From Octopus sinensis (taxonomy: Eukaryota), in assembly GCF_006345805.1 (NCBI RefSeq), contig NC_043013.1, positions 5,022,001 to 5,086,000 of the forward strand: a stretch of DNA of 64,000 nt, read 5' to 3'. Below, piece after piece: positions 37,611 to 51,178 of the stretch. The notes below the pieces were generated by a model. It was given only the letters and a program-made list of their open reading frames with translations. It searched no databases and was not told the DNA's origin. Within the stretch, counting starts at the first letter, position 1; each line of letters opens with the position of its first letter. The position numbers and the translations under genes were made by a program.

Positions 37611-39440
37611 CCTTTATATTCTCTTTAAATCCTTTACTGAACTTTTGACCTCTTGTCACCTTAAGCAAAAAAGCAGGGTCTTTCTAACTAACCTCGGCTT
37701 AATTTCCTAAGACCTTGATCCTGTTTCAAATTGAGTTAATCCCTCTGACAGCCTGGATGAATGAGGTACATATTTGACTCAACATTTTTTTTAATCTCCC
37801 AGCTAAATTAGGGATTAAAACCTCCCAGCTAGATTAAGGATTTTAATTATTATTATATCCATAGACTGATGTAAAGAGAAAAACAACAATTAGGGTTTTT
37901 TTCTTCTGATGAGTTGGATGAGAGGAACAGTTTACTTATGACTTCACTACAACCATCACCACCACCACCACAACAACAACAACAACAACCACCACCAATA
38001 CAACCACCACCAATACAACCACAACCAATACAACCAACACCACCACCACCATAGCCAATACCAACTCAACCACCACTGCCATTCCACGAAGACAAACATC
38101 CCATTCAGATTATTTCTGTTAATTAATCAAAAAACAGTAATTAAGAGTTACCAAATTGATGAGGTCTCCTGCCTTTACTACTGGTAACTTAATACTATTG
38201 CTGCCCCTCTCCCACTCCTACTACTACTACCACCACCATCATTACTACTAGTACTACCACTACTACTACTACTACTAATCCTGTCTTAGGTACATTATGC
38301 CTGGTGAAAATACAGGATGGTCATAGCTGGAATGTCGTTGATCATAGATGTGCTCACTTGCATATGGCCTGGAGCAAAACTACAGTGGCAACTTGTGTGT
38401 GTGTGTGTTCCCGTGTCCATGTGTGTGTGTACATATACAGCTATTACTAAGGAGATAATCATTTTGTTATAAGGTAGGATAAGTAGTTTGAAATTAAAAT
38501 TAAGGAATTATAGAGGAAAAAGATGCATAGAAATCATGTATTTAACTTTTTTTGTGTGTGAAGTTGTTAAAATTCCTCATCGTTGGTAATCATGCGTAGC
38601 ACTATTTCATTCTTTTTTGAAATTGTCAGCATGATATAACCTGTGACTTGTTAATTAAACATTTTATAAAGAGAGGCATTTCATTAAAGTTGGAAATGCT
38701 TACAATCTGTAGAAAAGTCATGAACTAAAAGGGGTTTTCACAAAACAGACTATTCACCAAAAACCAATAACTTGATGGTTCAAAGCTAAAACTCGAAGAC
38801 CAAGATATATATTTACCGATTTCACAGATTATTGACAAAACCATCATGTTACTCCAGCATGCTTCACTACAACACTTTATTAAAATTTTACAACTATTGA
38901 TAGATGATAGATGGAGAAGAATGAGGTGTTATTGATCTGTTGGAAATATTGATTAATGATCAAAAATTGAATTTTATGTCTGGTATAGTAGTTTGTAATG
39001 GACCGTGTACCATTCCATCACTTAACTCTTTTGATTACATATATATAACTATTTAACTGGTTACAGACAACAGTCACTGATTGGTTAAAATATGTGTCAA
39101 GGATAAACCTTGACATAAATTTAAACCAATCAGTGAATGCCAAGAGGGAAAAATCTAAGGGAAATCATCTAATCAATTTATATTTCCACTAATCACAATC
39201 ATTGAATTTCAACCAATCAAAGAAATTTGATAGCACATATGTGTATGTAGTTGAGGCTACTGACTACCAATGAGAATGGCTGTCTTTCACACATCTGTAT
39301 GCTTTCCTCAGACCATTTGCCTTTGTAAAGACAAGTCTGGATTTCTTATTTCTCATTAGAATTTTGTTGTGGATCTGGCCAACCCTTGTTTGATAGTCCA
39401 GTGAGAAATATCAATTTTCTATCTCTCACACACACGTACA

Positions 39441-39728
39441 CAGTGGTGGAGTGGCCAGGTTGCCAGCTTGTCTGATGGCAAGTGAGCTCCTACACCATTA
39501 AGATCCATATATGGGGACCCGTGTTAGTATATCTAAGGGGCCCATCCCCTCAAGTTTGAGAATTTTTTATTCACTCCACGAAGAATGCATTAATTATTTC
39601 AACCTGGTTGTGTTTGTAGACAGCTGAAAAGAATACTTTTAACAAAAACAAAAAATGACAACATTGTAGTTGCGGGTGGGCCCCTTTAGTCTCCTGGCAA
39701 CCAATTTTTTAGACCCAGTCCGCCACTG
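39441..39728. mobile_element. hAT-type MITE
   Basis: TIRs CAGTGGTGGAGTGG / CCAGTCCGCCACTG (12 of 14 match) and 8-bp TSD CACGTACA / CATGTACA. Confidence 0.85.
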
Positions 39729-40340
39729 CATGTACACACATGGTCAGTAGATAGAAACTTCGAAGTCACTGCCACCACTCTTGTTGTGAAAGTATAATAC
39801 CAAAATGGTATTGAGTAATTCTTCATTTTAATGTTAAATTGTTCTTATCCTAAATTTACATAAAAACAAACATTGATACATTCAAACAGTCTTTATAATA
39901 ATGGTCAGAATAAACATAATTTGTAATATAACTCCATATACTTTGGAAAATCTAATGTGAAACCAGTCAAGTGTAGTCCTATATTTTAAAATATAATTAA
40001 ATTCTAATTAATTATAATATATTCTCTGTACATTTTCAACTTCATTTCTTCTGTTGTACTTGTTTCTACTAATAGCAATATATCATTGCTATTATGTTAA
40101 ACTGTTGTATGTCCAAATTTGGCCAAATGCGGTTTTTCTCAATATTATTTCTGCTGGCAATAACTGCTTCTTTTGGTCAAACTATCGTATCTCCAACTGC
40201 TTCAGAATCCAAGATATAAAAAATTGTCAAAATGTTGTACAATGGTTTTGCTATGGAATAGTGAAACTATTTTTTGTTTTCTGAAAAAGTAACATTTTGC
40301 ATAATACCAACGATACACACACACACATACACACAACTAA

Positions 40341-40918
40341 AAAAGCTACTAGTAGTTTCATAGTTTCATGCTTATATGATACATTAACTAGGCATATTTC
40401 TAAAACATACCATGTATAGAATAAAAAGTTTTCAATGGTTGCACAATGCACTATAATACAGACAATGGGCTGAGTATACCTGTTGTAATTTAGTCACCCA
40501 TAGTCTGATATGATATTTCGGAATAAAATTCCTTCTTCAGATATTCGTAGATGAAGTCACTGCTATAATCGGTTTACTAACGGCTTTTGGATAATTTAAA
40601 ACCATTATCGTCCATTGGAAAGCCGATTATAGCAGCGACTCCATCTAAGAATATCCGAAGAAGGAATTTTATTCCAAAATATCATATCAGACTATGGATA
40701 ACTAAATTACAACAGTTCTTATAGCCCATTGTCTGTATTATAGTGCATTGTTGTGTCATTCAAAACATTTTATTCTTTACAAACAATACACAATGCTTCA
40801 AGCAAACTACAATATTCTCCTATACTTTGTATCGCCAAGCCATTATGATGTATTTTATAAATATGCCTAGTCAATGTATCAAAGTATCATATAAGCATGA
40901 AACTATTAGTAGCTCTTT
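40341..40918. repeat. Long foldback inverted repeat (probable palindromic MITE)
   Basis: 40444-40583 is the reverse complement of 40612-40750 with few mismatches; outer arms about 40341-40408 and 40849-40918. Confidence 0.9.
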
Positions 40919-41166
40919 CAGTTGTGTATTAAAGTAATCTCTCTCACTGGCTGGAGTACTTTTTTTGTTGATTCTACATGTATTGGATCTATCTATAGAT
41001 TGATAGATAGATAGATAGATAGATAGTGTCTTTCACTATTAAATTACTTAATAGAGGTTATTTCTCTCAATTATATACATATATTATATATTGTGAAATT
41101 TGATTTAGAATTGCTAAATTAAATTTTTCCCTGTAAGTTTGGAATTATATTCCCTACTATTATTAT

Positions 41167-41199
<33 letters not shown>

Positions 41200-42036
41200 A
41201 TATGTGTAAGCTTCTTTCAGTTTTCATCTTCCAACTCTGCTCACAAAGCTTTAGTTGGCCTGGGGTTCTAGTAGAAGACACTTGTCCAAGATTCCATGCA
41301 GTGGGACTGAACCTGGATCCATCTGGTTTGAAAGCAAACTTCTTAACCACACAGCAACACTTGCAACTATCATCTAAAGAATATATATATATAACTTGTT
41401 TACAATTTTTTTTTGACATTAAGTGCTAGCTAGCTCCACTTGACAACATTTTATACTAAAATTTCACCAAGTCACACAGCAGTCTTCCACAATTCCAACT
41501 AACAATTGGTGATTCTTAAATTTCACAAACGATGCCCAAATTCTGCTACTGCTGCTGTTACCATTTCAAATCTTTTGGCATTATCTGTGACATTTTCTCA
41601 CATGCAGAATTATATTTTACCATAAACATCCTGTATTCTTCATTATTTCTTCTATTGCAAACTGTTTCTTTTTTTAGAAATGGTAAATCATAACATACCG
41701 GATGTGTTCTTCTGGCACTGCCCTGTTTTTGAGACGGGTGTCACCACAACCGGTTTCATTGTATGCAGAGCATAGTAGTAGAGGCTGTTGTTGTTTAATC
41801 CCAGGTCAGTTTTGAACCTGGAACCACAAACTTCTCAATCACACAGCCATCCCTGTGCCAACAATGTGGAATGAAAATTGGTAAGCAATGTCAAAAGAAG
41901 GAGACTTCACACTTTAATATTTCAACTGTGGCCATGTCTTGTCGAAATATTCCATGTGTTTTATGTTCAGACCAGACAGATGTGGCCTCTCACACCTACC
42001 CTACAATGTCATTCTAAAACACTGCGAATGAATAGG

Positions 42037-42194
42037 TGCAGATATGACTGTGTGTTAAGAGGTCTGCTTCCCAACCATATGGTTTTGGGTTCAGTCCCAT
42101 GGCATGGCACCTTGAACAAGTGACTTCTATAGCCTCAGGCTGTCCAAAGCCTTATGAGTGGATTTAACAGATGGAAACTGAAAGAAGCCTGTCG

Positions 42195-42233
<39 letters not shown>

Positions 42234-42662
42234 AAAGAGAGAGAGAGAGGGAATTCACAAAAAGACGAAGACAGGTGGTATAGACAACAAACAGATGTAT
42301 TAGTATAATGCTCGGGAAGTGAAAAAGTCTTTAACATTTCGAGCCTATGCTCTTCCACAGAAAGAAACAAGGAGAGAAAATAAAGAATGTGTAGTGGCTA
42401 GCGATCTACATATATAAATACACACACACACACACACACACACATATGTTGTTTGTGTGTTTGTCTCCCACTACTACCTCACAACTAGTGTTGGTGGGTT
42501 TACATCCCTGTCACTTAGCAGTTCAGCAAAAGAGACCAATAGAATAAGTACCAGGCTTTACATTAAAATAATAGGTAGTGGGATCGATTTGCTCTGCTGA
42601 AGTTCTTCAAGGCAGTGCCCCAGCATGGCTGCAGTCTAATGACTGAAACAAGTAAAAGATGA
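42037..42662 (+). mobile_element. SINE family A interrupted in its internal (TA)n by a hammerhead-bearing element (42250-42410, -)
   Basis: SINE 5' half ends near 42197 and 3' half resumes near 42450. Insert carries UCUUU-CUGUGGA-A-GAGC-AUAG-GCUC-GAAA-U-GUU-AAAGA at 42328-42365 (-). Confidence 0.82.
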
Positions 42663-43680
42663 AAAATTAATAAGCCTTACATTTGACAGGGGGGCCCTGG
42701 TATCTTGAATGCTTCAGGGCTAAAAATAAAACATTAAAATTAATATCTTCTCATCAACAAAGAAACGGGAAGTAGCTTCATTGTTATGTTTATTTCTAAC
42801 ACGGAAACAAAACGTTTTTATCCGAGGTATTATTACTACAACACTCCTTTGTTTCTCCCCCAAATAGGGGGAACCACACCCTTGGAGGAAACAGTATTTC
42901 ACCTGCATCATACATATTATTAACAGGAGTTAATTTGATACTTGTTAAAGGGTTTCTTAATCATCCTTTTCAATAGTGTGGGTGTGTTTAGGGTTTCAGT
43001 TTTATCTTTTTCTTTTTTAAGGGTTTTTCAGTTTTATCTTTTTTTTTTAGGGTTTTCCTTTCATATTGCGCAAAACTAGTGGGTGGGTGGTTGGGTATGG
43101 GGGGTTTGAGGAGTGGAGCTAAATATAGTAACTAAGAAGGGAGTCTAAATAAATAAAGGATTGGCAGAGATGGTGGAGGGAGGGAATTAGCAGGGATGAT
43201 GGTGGTGATGACAGTGGGAGTGGTAATGGTGGTGATGGTGGTACTGGGAATATTGATGGTGGTGGTGGTGGCAGTGATGAAGACAATGGTGACGTTAGTG
43301 ATGAAGATGATAGTGTTGATGCTGGTGGTGGTGGTGGTGGTGGATGTAGAGATGGTGGTGATGGAGCTGATAGTTGTGAGGTGGGGTTTTTGGTAATGGC
43401 AAAGATGAGGGTGGTGGAGGCATTACTGCTGCTGGTGATGGTGGAGATGAAGATACTAGCTCTGAGGGTGATGGTGAAGATGAAGATGGTGGTGATGGTG
43501 GTGGCTAGATGACAGGGTGGTAGTACATTATTGAGGAATATCTAAAGTGAAATTCCTCATTTTTCTTTTAGCATTTTTTATTCAATTTTTAAAATTTTAT
43601 TTTGTCTACTTCAAAATTTCAATTTTTTTAAAAATAAAGAAAAACTTTAGATTCCTTAAAAGTAGACAATAAATAATTAC

Positions 43681-44070
43681 TTTTACTTACTTCAGTCATT
43701 GGACTGTAGCCATGCTGGAGCACTGCCTTGAAGGATTTTAGTCAAATAAATTGACCTTGGCATCTTGTTTTCTTTTTCTTAAGTATGGTAGTTATTTCAT
43801 CATTTATTTTTTGGTGGTGGGGGGTGCTGAACTGCCAAGTTACAGGGATGTAAACAAACCATCATCAATCGTCAAGCAGTGGAGAGACAGCTACAAAGAC
43901 ACCCACACAAACATACATATGTACACATTCACATACAATGGGTTTCTTTCAGTTTCTGTCTACTAAATCCACTCTCAAGGCTTTGGTTGGCCCAAGGTAC
44001 CACACTGTAGGACTGAACCTAAAACCATGTGGTTGAGAAGCAAATTTCTTACCACACAGCCATACCGGCA
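43681..44070 (-). mobile_element. SINE family A, diverged
   Basis: Tail, body and head in reverse orientation. Confidence 0.78.
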
Positions 44071-44074
44071 TCCA

Positions 44075-44438
44075 TTACCTCTGTCTTAGCAAAGGCGGAG
44101 GTATTGTTTTCAGTCAAGTTTGTTTGTCTGTGAACAAGATATCTCAAGAACCATTGGATGGATTCCAATGAAACTTCCAGGGATGTTTGGCCTTGTGACT
44201 GGCATGAACTGATTAGATTTTGGGATCAATCCGGTACCTAATTATTTTTTTGGATTATTTTTCCTGTTTTTTTTTTTACTTAATTTTTGAGAGTGGTCGG
44301 GTTCATTTTTAATATTGTCATTTGTGAGAGCATTTGAGTTTATTTCAGATATTTTCATTCTAAAAATCATGTCCGGCAAATCGTTGCGAGGAAGTTGGTG
44401 TTGCCTTGGCGAAGGTTTGCGCTTTCTGAGTGCTCGTT
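44075..44438 (+). mobile_element. Helentron-associated non-autonomous element (HINE/DINE-1-like)
   Basis: 5' palindrome ACCTCTGTCTT..AAGGCGGAGGT, GTTTGTTTGTCTGT microsatellite seed, 3' sub-TIR CCTTGGCGAAGGT plus short hairpin, TT termini. Confidence 0.75.
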
Positions 44439-44620
44439 TAATATATTTATCTCTTACTTGTTTCAGTCATTAGACTTTGGCCATGTTGGAGCACCACTGT
44501 CATTTTTTTTCTTTTTTTAGTCAAATAAAACAACCCCAGTTATTAACTTGTTTCTATATTTGTCACAGTTTTCTTTTCCAGTTTATTTATCATTTTCCCA
44601 ATTTATTTTTCTATTTTCAG

Positions 44621-44698
44621 CGGACATATGTGTTTGCCTTCCTCCTTGGTTCCAGGCTTTTTACCAATCCCCAGGATCTCTTCTCCCAGATCTGTCAG
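44621..44698 (+). CDS. RASGEF1: RasGEF1-family exon (RTYVFAFLLGSRLFTNPQDLFSQICQ)
   Basis: ctattttcAG acceptor, CAG|GTCAGT donor, 78 nt, phase 0-0. Continues DYYPD|RTY as in RASGEF1 (RTYIFTFLLSSRLF). Confidence 0.93.
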
Positions 44699-44860
44699 GT
44701 CAGTTGAAATAGTCATTTATCATTCTCCAACAGAATCTTTAAATTAAACAATCTAACATTAATTATCAGAGAACTCTTGTGTTCAGTTGTACAAAGACTC
44801 TCGAACGGCAGAGCAAACAGATGCTCACAATAACAACAATGGTTGGCCAAGTTTTGAAAC

Positions 44861-44898
<38 letters not shown>

Positions 44899-44918
44899 TA
44901 TTATTATTATTATTATTA

Positions 44919-45245
44919 AGGTGGCGAACTGACAGAATCATTAGCATGCTGGCCAAAATGCTTAGTGGTATTTCATCTGTCTTCAGATGAAATACCACTA
45001 AGGCGTCAAGCTGGCAGAGACGTTAGCACGCCGGGCGAAATGCGTAGCCATATTTCATCGGCTGTTACGTCCTGAGTTCAAATTCCGCCGAGGTCGACTT
45101 TGCCTTTCATCCTTTTGGGGTCGATAAATTAAGTACCAGTTATGCACTGGGGTCGAATTATCGACTTAATCCGTTTGTCTGTCCTTGTTTGTCCCCTCTG
45201 TGTTTAGCCCCTTGTGGGTAATAAAGAAATAGGTATTTCACCTGT
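44919..45245 (+). mobile_element. SINE family B (young copy inside an older head)
   Basis: Full unit at 45002-45235. Confidence 0.85.
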
Positions 45246-45674
45246 CTTCATACTCTTTAGATCAGAATTCTGGTTTGATGACAATTCCCTTCTCAGGGCA
45301 TCTACTGCCTGCTCTTGTCAGCCATAATGAATATAGCACATCATCTTAACCTCTAGATTTTGTGGAGTTAAGTGAATAATACATGGAATCACCTCCTGGA
45401 TAGAACACTAGTCCTTCTTAGATAACTTTCCAAAGAAATTTACTGCCTGCTCTTGTCAACCAAGGTAAACATATCATATAGAATCAGAAACCTTATCAAA
45501 AAACATAAAATTCCAGCAACAAATTTAAATTTGCAGTCTATGTGCTACTTGCCCAGTTAATGTTTACTCCGTGTAATCTATTTATTGTTTCATTTAATTA
45601 ATGTTTGTAATTATTTTAAATTAAACTACTGATTAGAATTGTTCTTTAATTTTCATTCTCATTTATTTCTTCAG

Positions 45675-45719
45675 ATATGCATTTGTCAGCAAAACCTTGG
45701 GCATGACAGAGTTAAAAAG
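45675..45719 (+). CDS. RASGEF1: RasGEF1-family small exon (ICICQQNLGHDRVKK)
   Basis: tttcttcAG acceptor, AAG|GTAAGC donor, 45 nt, phase 0-0. Fills the xCxxQQxL segment of the REM domain. Confidence 0.85.
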
Positions 45720-45840
45720 GTAAGCTAACAGTTCCTATTCCAGTGTGTGTGTATGTATGTGTGTGCACACACACACATACACATCAATATCAGACAATGA
45801 GAATGAGTGCTTAACACTGCAGTGGGGGATAAATATTATT

Positions 45841-46012
45841 TATTTGTGGATTAGCAAGACAACCAATGGTTTCATGTAGTAAGGATCTCCACAATTACTC
45901 AAATGATACACTTAGAAATGATGATACTTGCCACTCATAACATTTCCAAGTGGTCTATTTGAATAATTGTAGAGATACTACATGAAACCATTGGTTGCCT
46001 TGCTAATTCACA

Positions 46013-46016
<4 letters not shown>
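45841..46016. repeat. ~175-bp palindrome/hairpin
   Basis: tatttgtggattagcaagacaaccaatggtttcatgtagta mirrored by tactacatgaaaccattggttgccttgctaattcacaaata. Confidence 0.9.
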
Positions 46017-46062
<46 letters not shown>

Positions 46063-46345
46063 TCTTTGCATATATGTGTATGTATATATATATATATATC
46101 TTTGCATATATGTATATATTTGCATATATGTATATATATATGTATTTGCATATATGTATATATATATGTATTTGCATATATGTATATATATATATATTTG
46201 CATATATGTATATATATATTTGCATATATGTATATATATTTGCATATATGTATATATATTTGCATATATGTATATATATTTGCATATATGTATATATATA
46301 TATATATTTGCATATATGTATATGTATATGTATATATATGTGTTT
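46017..46345. repeat. (TA)n plus ~20-24-nt (TTTGCATATATGTATATATA)n minisatellite
   Basis: About 10 units visible. Confidence 0.9.
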
Positions 46346-46794
46346 ATATAATTTCACAGGATATTTTCTTTTTATCCTCCCCCATACCTCACACCTTCTC
46401 CATTCTCTCCACTGGCATCGCTATCTCTTGCATTGGTCAGAAACATGGTGCATCATATACACATATGTCCATAGAAAACTGAGCTAGCTGGAGCATATTA
46501 AAAAGACAACTGCATAAATAAATAAATAATTATGCCCGTTCTTTTTTTTGCTCTTTCTCTCATACCACACGACAGAGATAAGAACCATTTGAGCGAGGAG
46601 AGATGAACAACGGGTGTTAATGGCTCAAAGTATTTATTATTGCGTTCATTAAAATACATTTTAGTTCTGATGTTGTTAGTGTAGCTGTTCATGAAAGCCC
46701 ACCATTGCTTCCATTACTTGGACAGTGTCAATATCTTTCTATCTATCTGTCTATATGTTTATTCTCTCTGTCTATCTATCTACCTATCTATCTA

Positions 46795-46808
46795 TCAATA
46801 TATATATA

Positions 46809-46853
<45 letters not shown>

Positions 46854-47287
46854 ATATATAAATGTGTATATATATATATATATATATATATTATGTATAT
46901 ATATGTGTGTATATATATATGTGTGTAATAATATGTGTGTATATATATGTGTGTATATATATGTGTGTATATATATGTGTGTATATATATGTGTGTATAT
47001 ATATGTGTGTATATATATGTGTGTGTATATATGTGTGTGATATATGTTGTGTATATATATGTGTGTGTATATAGGTGTGATATATATGTGTGTATATATG
47101 TGTGTATATATATGTGTGTATATGTATATATATATATGTGTGTGTGTATATGTATATATTATATATATGTGTGTATATTTATATATATATTTGTGTGGTA
47201 TATGTGTATATATATATGTGTGTATATGTGTATATATATATGTGTGTGTATATATATATATATATATGTGTGTATATATAATATATA

Positions 47288-47328
<41 letters not shown>

Positions 47329-47438
47329 TATACTTATATATATATATATATATATCATGTGTGGTGTGTATGTATATTATATATATATATGATGTGTGTG
47401 TATATGTATATATATATATATATATATGTGGTGTGTGT

Positions 47439-47476
<38 letters not shown>

Positions 47477-47514
47477 TGTATGTATATATATATAATATTA
47501 TATATTGTTGTGTG

Positions 47515-47555
<41 letters not shown>

Positions 47556-47926
47556 ATGTATATATATATATATATATATATATTGTGTGTGTGTAGTATA
47601 TATATAATATATATATATATAGTGTGTGTATATGTATATATATATATATATATAATATATATGTGTTTGTGTATATGTGATATATCTATATATGTGTGTA
47701 TATGTGTATATATATATATGTGTGTGTGTATATGTGTATATATATAGGTGTGTATATGTGTATATATATCTTGTGTGTTATAAATATATATATGTGTTAT
47801 ATATATTATATATATATGTGTGTATATATATATATATATTATATATATATATTTATAATAATATATTATATATATATATAGTGTGTGTGGATGTTATATA
47901 TATATATTATATATGTGTGTGTATAG

Positions 47927-47957
<31 letters not shown>

Positions 47958-48317
47958 ATGTATATATATATATATTATATATATGTGTGTGTGTGTATGT
48001 ATATATATATTATATATATATGTGTGTGTGTATGTATATATATATATTATATATATAATATGTGTGTGTGTATATATATATATAATATATATATATATGT
48101 GTGTGTGTATGTATATATATATATATATATCATTATATGTGGTGTGTCTATATATATATTATATATATATATATGATGTTTTTGTGTATTATTATATATA
48201 TATTATATATATATGTGCTGTGTATATTATATATATATACTATATGTGTGTGTATATGTATATATATATATATATGTGTGTGTATATGTATATAATATAT
48301 ATATATATATGTGTGTG

Positions 48318-48348
<31 letters not shown>

Positions 48349-48827
48349 GGTTTGTGTATATGTATATATATTATAATAATATATTTGTGTGTGTATGTAT
48401 ATATATATATATATGTGTGTGTTATGTATATATATTATATATATTATATGTGTGTGTGTATGTATATATATTAATATATATATATGTGTGTGGTATGTAT
48501 ATATATATTATATATATGTGTGTGTGTATTGATATATATATATATATGTGTGTGTTAATATGTATATATATATAGATATATATATGGTGTGTGATATGTA
48601 TATATATATGTGTGTGTATATGTATATATATATATGTGTGTGGATATGTATATTATATATATATATATGTGGTGTGTATATGTATATATATATATATCTA
48701 TATGTGTGTGTGTATATGTGTATATATATAGTATATATAATATATATATATGTGTGTGTATATGTATACTATATATATATATATATGGTGTGTGTAATGT
48801 ATATATATATATATATATGTGTGTGTG

Positions 48828-48869
<42 letters not shown>

Positions 48870-48870
48870 A

Positions 48871-48919
<49 letters not shown>

Positions 48920-48950
48920 TATATGTATATATATGTATATAATGTGTGTA
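46795..48950. repeat. ~2.1-kb degenerate (TA)n/(TG)n array
   Basis: Visible low complexity. Confidence 0.95.
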
Positions 48951-49226
48951 TTATTATTATTTCAGGCGGCAAGCTGGCAGAATCGTTAGCATGCTGGACA
49001 AAATGCCTAGCAGTATTTCATCTGTCGCTACATTCTGAGTTCAATTTCTGCCAAGGTCGACTTCATCCTTTCGCAGCTTTGCCTTTCATTAAACAACACC
49101 CAACAAACACACACACACACACACACACAAATTGTTAACTGTTCTTGTAATGTCCTCCTCATTTGATGCTCTTGTGGCAAATAAAAGAACTCATTATTAT
49201 CATTGCTGTTGTTGTTGTTCTTGCAG

Positions 49227-49270
49227 GAATCTCTCGGCCGCTTTGGACCAAACTTTGTCAGGCTACTAAG
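49227..49270 (+). CDS. RASGEF1: RasGEF1-family small exon (ESLGRFGPNFVRLL + split Ser codon)
   Basis: ttcttgcAG acceptor, AAG|GTGAGC donor, 44 nt, phase 0-2. The trailing AG is completed by the T that starts the next exon. Confidence 0.87.
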
Positions 49271-49369
49271 GTGAGCGTTGTCTTCTATTTATTTGTTGTT
49301 TACAAATGTTATATTGAACGAATATACATTGGCGAATGCTGTAGAGATGGAGGCTAAAGCTATAGTCAC

Positions 49370-50360
49370 ATCAGGCGGGTATGTAGGTAGGGTAGAGGCT
49401 GATAAATAGAGAAACTGATAAGCAGGGCGGGGATTGACAGGTAGGTCAGTAGGTAATACAGGTAGGTAGAGAATAAATGGAAAAGTAGAAACAGACAGAT
49501 ATATAGATAGATAGATAGATATACATACAGATATACATACATTCATACAGTCAGCTAGGTAGGTAGACAGATGGATAGATATACATATAGACAGACTGAC
49601 AGACAGGTAGGACAGAGAATGAGGCGCACAGGTAGGTAGGTAGGTAGGCAGTTGAAGGGTAGACAGGTAAGGTAAAGACAGACAGATTGACAGATAAAGA
49701 GATAGATTGATTGACTGATAAATAGGTAGATAGATAGACACAGATAGATGTACATACATTCAAGTAGGCAGGTAGGTATGTAGAGTAGAGACTGATGGAT
49801 AGACATACATACAAACAGGCAGGTAGGCAGTGGGTGACAGACAGACATAGGCAGGTAGATCAATACTTAGATATATAATTAGATAGCCAGGCAGGTGTAT
49901 ACTTAGAAAGGTTCATAAATAGATTGATAGACAGACAGATATATACATAGAGAGGTAGGCATATACATAGATGGACAGACAGGTATGTATAATAAAATAA
50001 ACAGGCAGATAATATAGACAGAGAGGCAGGTATATATACTAAGATAGACAGGCAGGTATATATAAGATGGTCCAACCCATGCCAGCTTGGAAAACGGTCG
50101 TTAAATGATGAGGATGATAGATAGACTGATATTTATAGTTAGATAAATTGGTATATACATAGAGAGATAGGTAAATATACATACATATATACATAGACAG
50201 ATATATACATTGATAGAGAAATAGGTATATACATAGACAAACTGGTGTGTGTGTGTATATATTATATATGTGTGTGTGTGTATACATATATATACATACA
50301 TAGAGACAGGTAATAATTAGATAGCTAGATTTGTATATACATAGACAGGTATGTGTAGAT
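49370..50360. repeat. Degenerate (TAGA/CAGA/TAGG)n tetranucleotide tract
   Basis: Visible. Confidence 0.85.
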
Positions 50361-51036
50361 AAACCAACAAAAATATATGGAGAGATAGTTTCATTCCCAT
50401 AATCCAGTTGCTTAGTTTTGTTGCTGTTAATCTTGCTACTACTAATTCTACTACTACTACTGTTGTTACCCTTTATTCACCTAATGTGTGAGTGTGCGTG
50501 GGTGTGTATGTGTGTAGTAGGGTAGGGGACAAACAAGGTGCTGTCTTCTATTGGGAGAAAAATGATGAAATGTTTATGAAACCAGGATGTAAACTTGGAG
50601 AAAAAAAAGGAGTGTTACCTATTGGGTGGCATGATGCTGTCTAACCTGGGAGGTAACACTGAATCTGGTAGTCATCATCATCATCATTATCATCACCATC
50701 ATCATCATTATCATCACCATCATCATCATTATCCTTTTCGTTATCCACATTCCATGCTTGCATGGAAAATGTGGACATTTGCAATAATGATGATCATGAT
50801 AATGATCATCATCATCATGATGATAATAATGATGATGGTGATGAATATTGGAAGGGTGTGTGAGGATGAGGATAAAGATGATGAGAATCAATAGGTGATG
50901 GTGATGATGGTGATGATGATGATGTTCGTTATATGTTATCAAACCTTAAGTTAATAGTATTTGAACTGAGAGAAGTAAGTTGTTCAATTAATTAGCAATA
51001 ATAAATAAATGTCTGATCTTCTTCTTCTTCTTGCAG

Positions 51037-51178
51037 TCATTGGACAGATTTATATCCACACGATTTCCTTGATGAACGAATGCAGAAGACTTTAAAAGAC
51101 ATTTCCCAGAGAATCGTCGCCGTTTATCCAGAACTGCGTAAAGAAGTAGCTAATATTATGCAGAATCTTTACAACGAA
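51037..51178 (+). CDS. RASGEF1: RasGEF1-family exon (HWTDLYPHDFLDERMQKTLKDISQRIVAVYPELRKEVANIMQNLYNE)
   Basis: cttcttgcAG acceptor, GTAAGT donor at 51179, 142 nt, phase 2-0. Matches RASGEF1 WTETFPYDFRDERMM..LKDL..RI as recalled. Confidence 0.93.

Noticed and set aside
37906-37912. Isolated CTGATGA
   Set aside because: No stem II or downstream GAAA; chance match.
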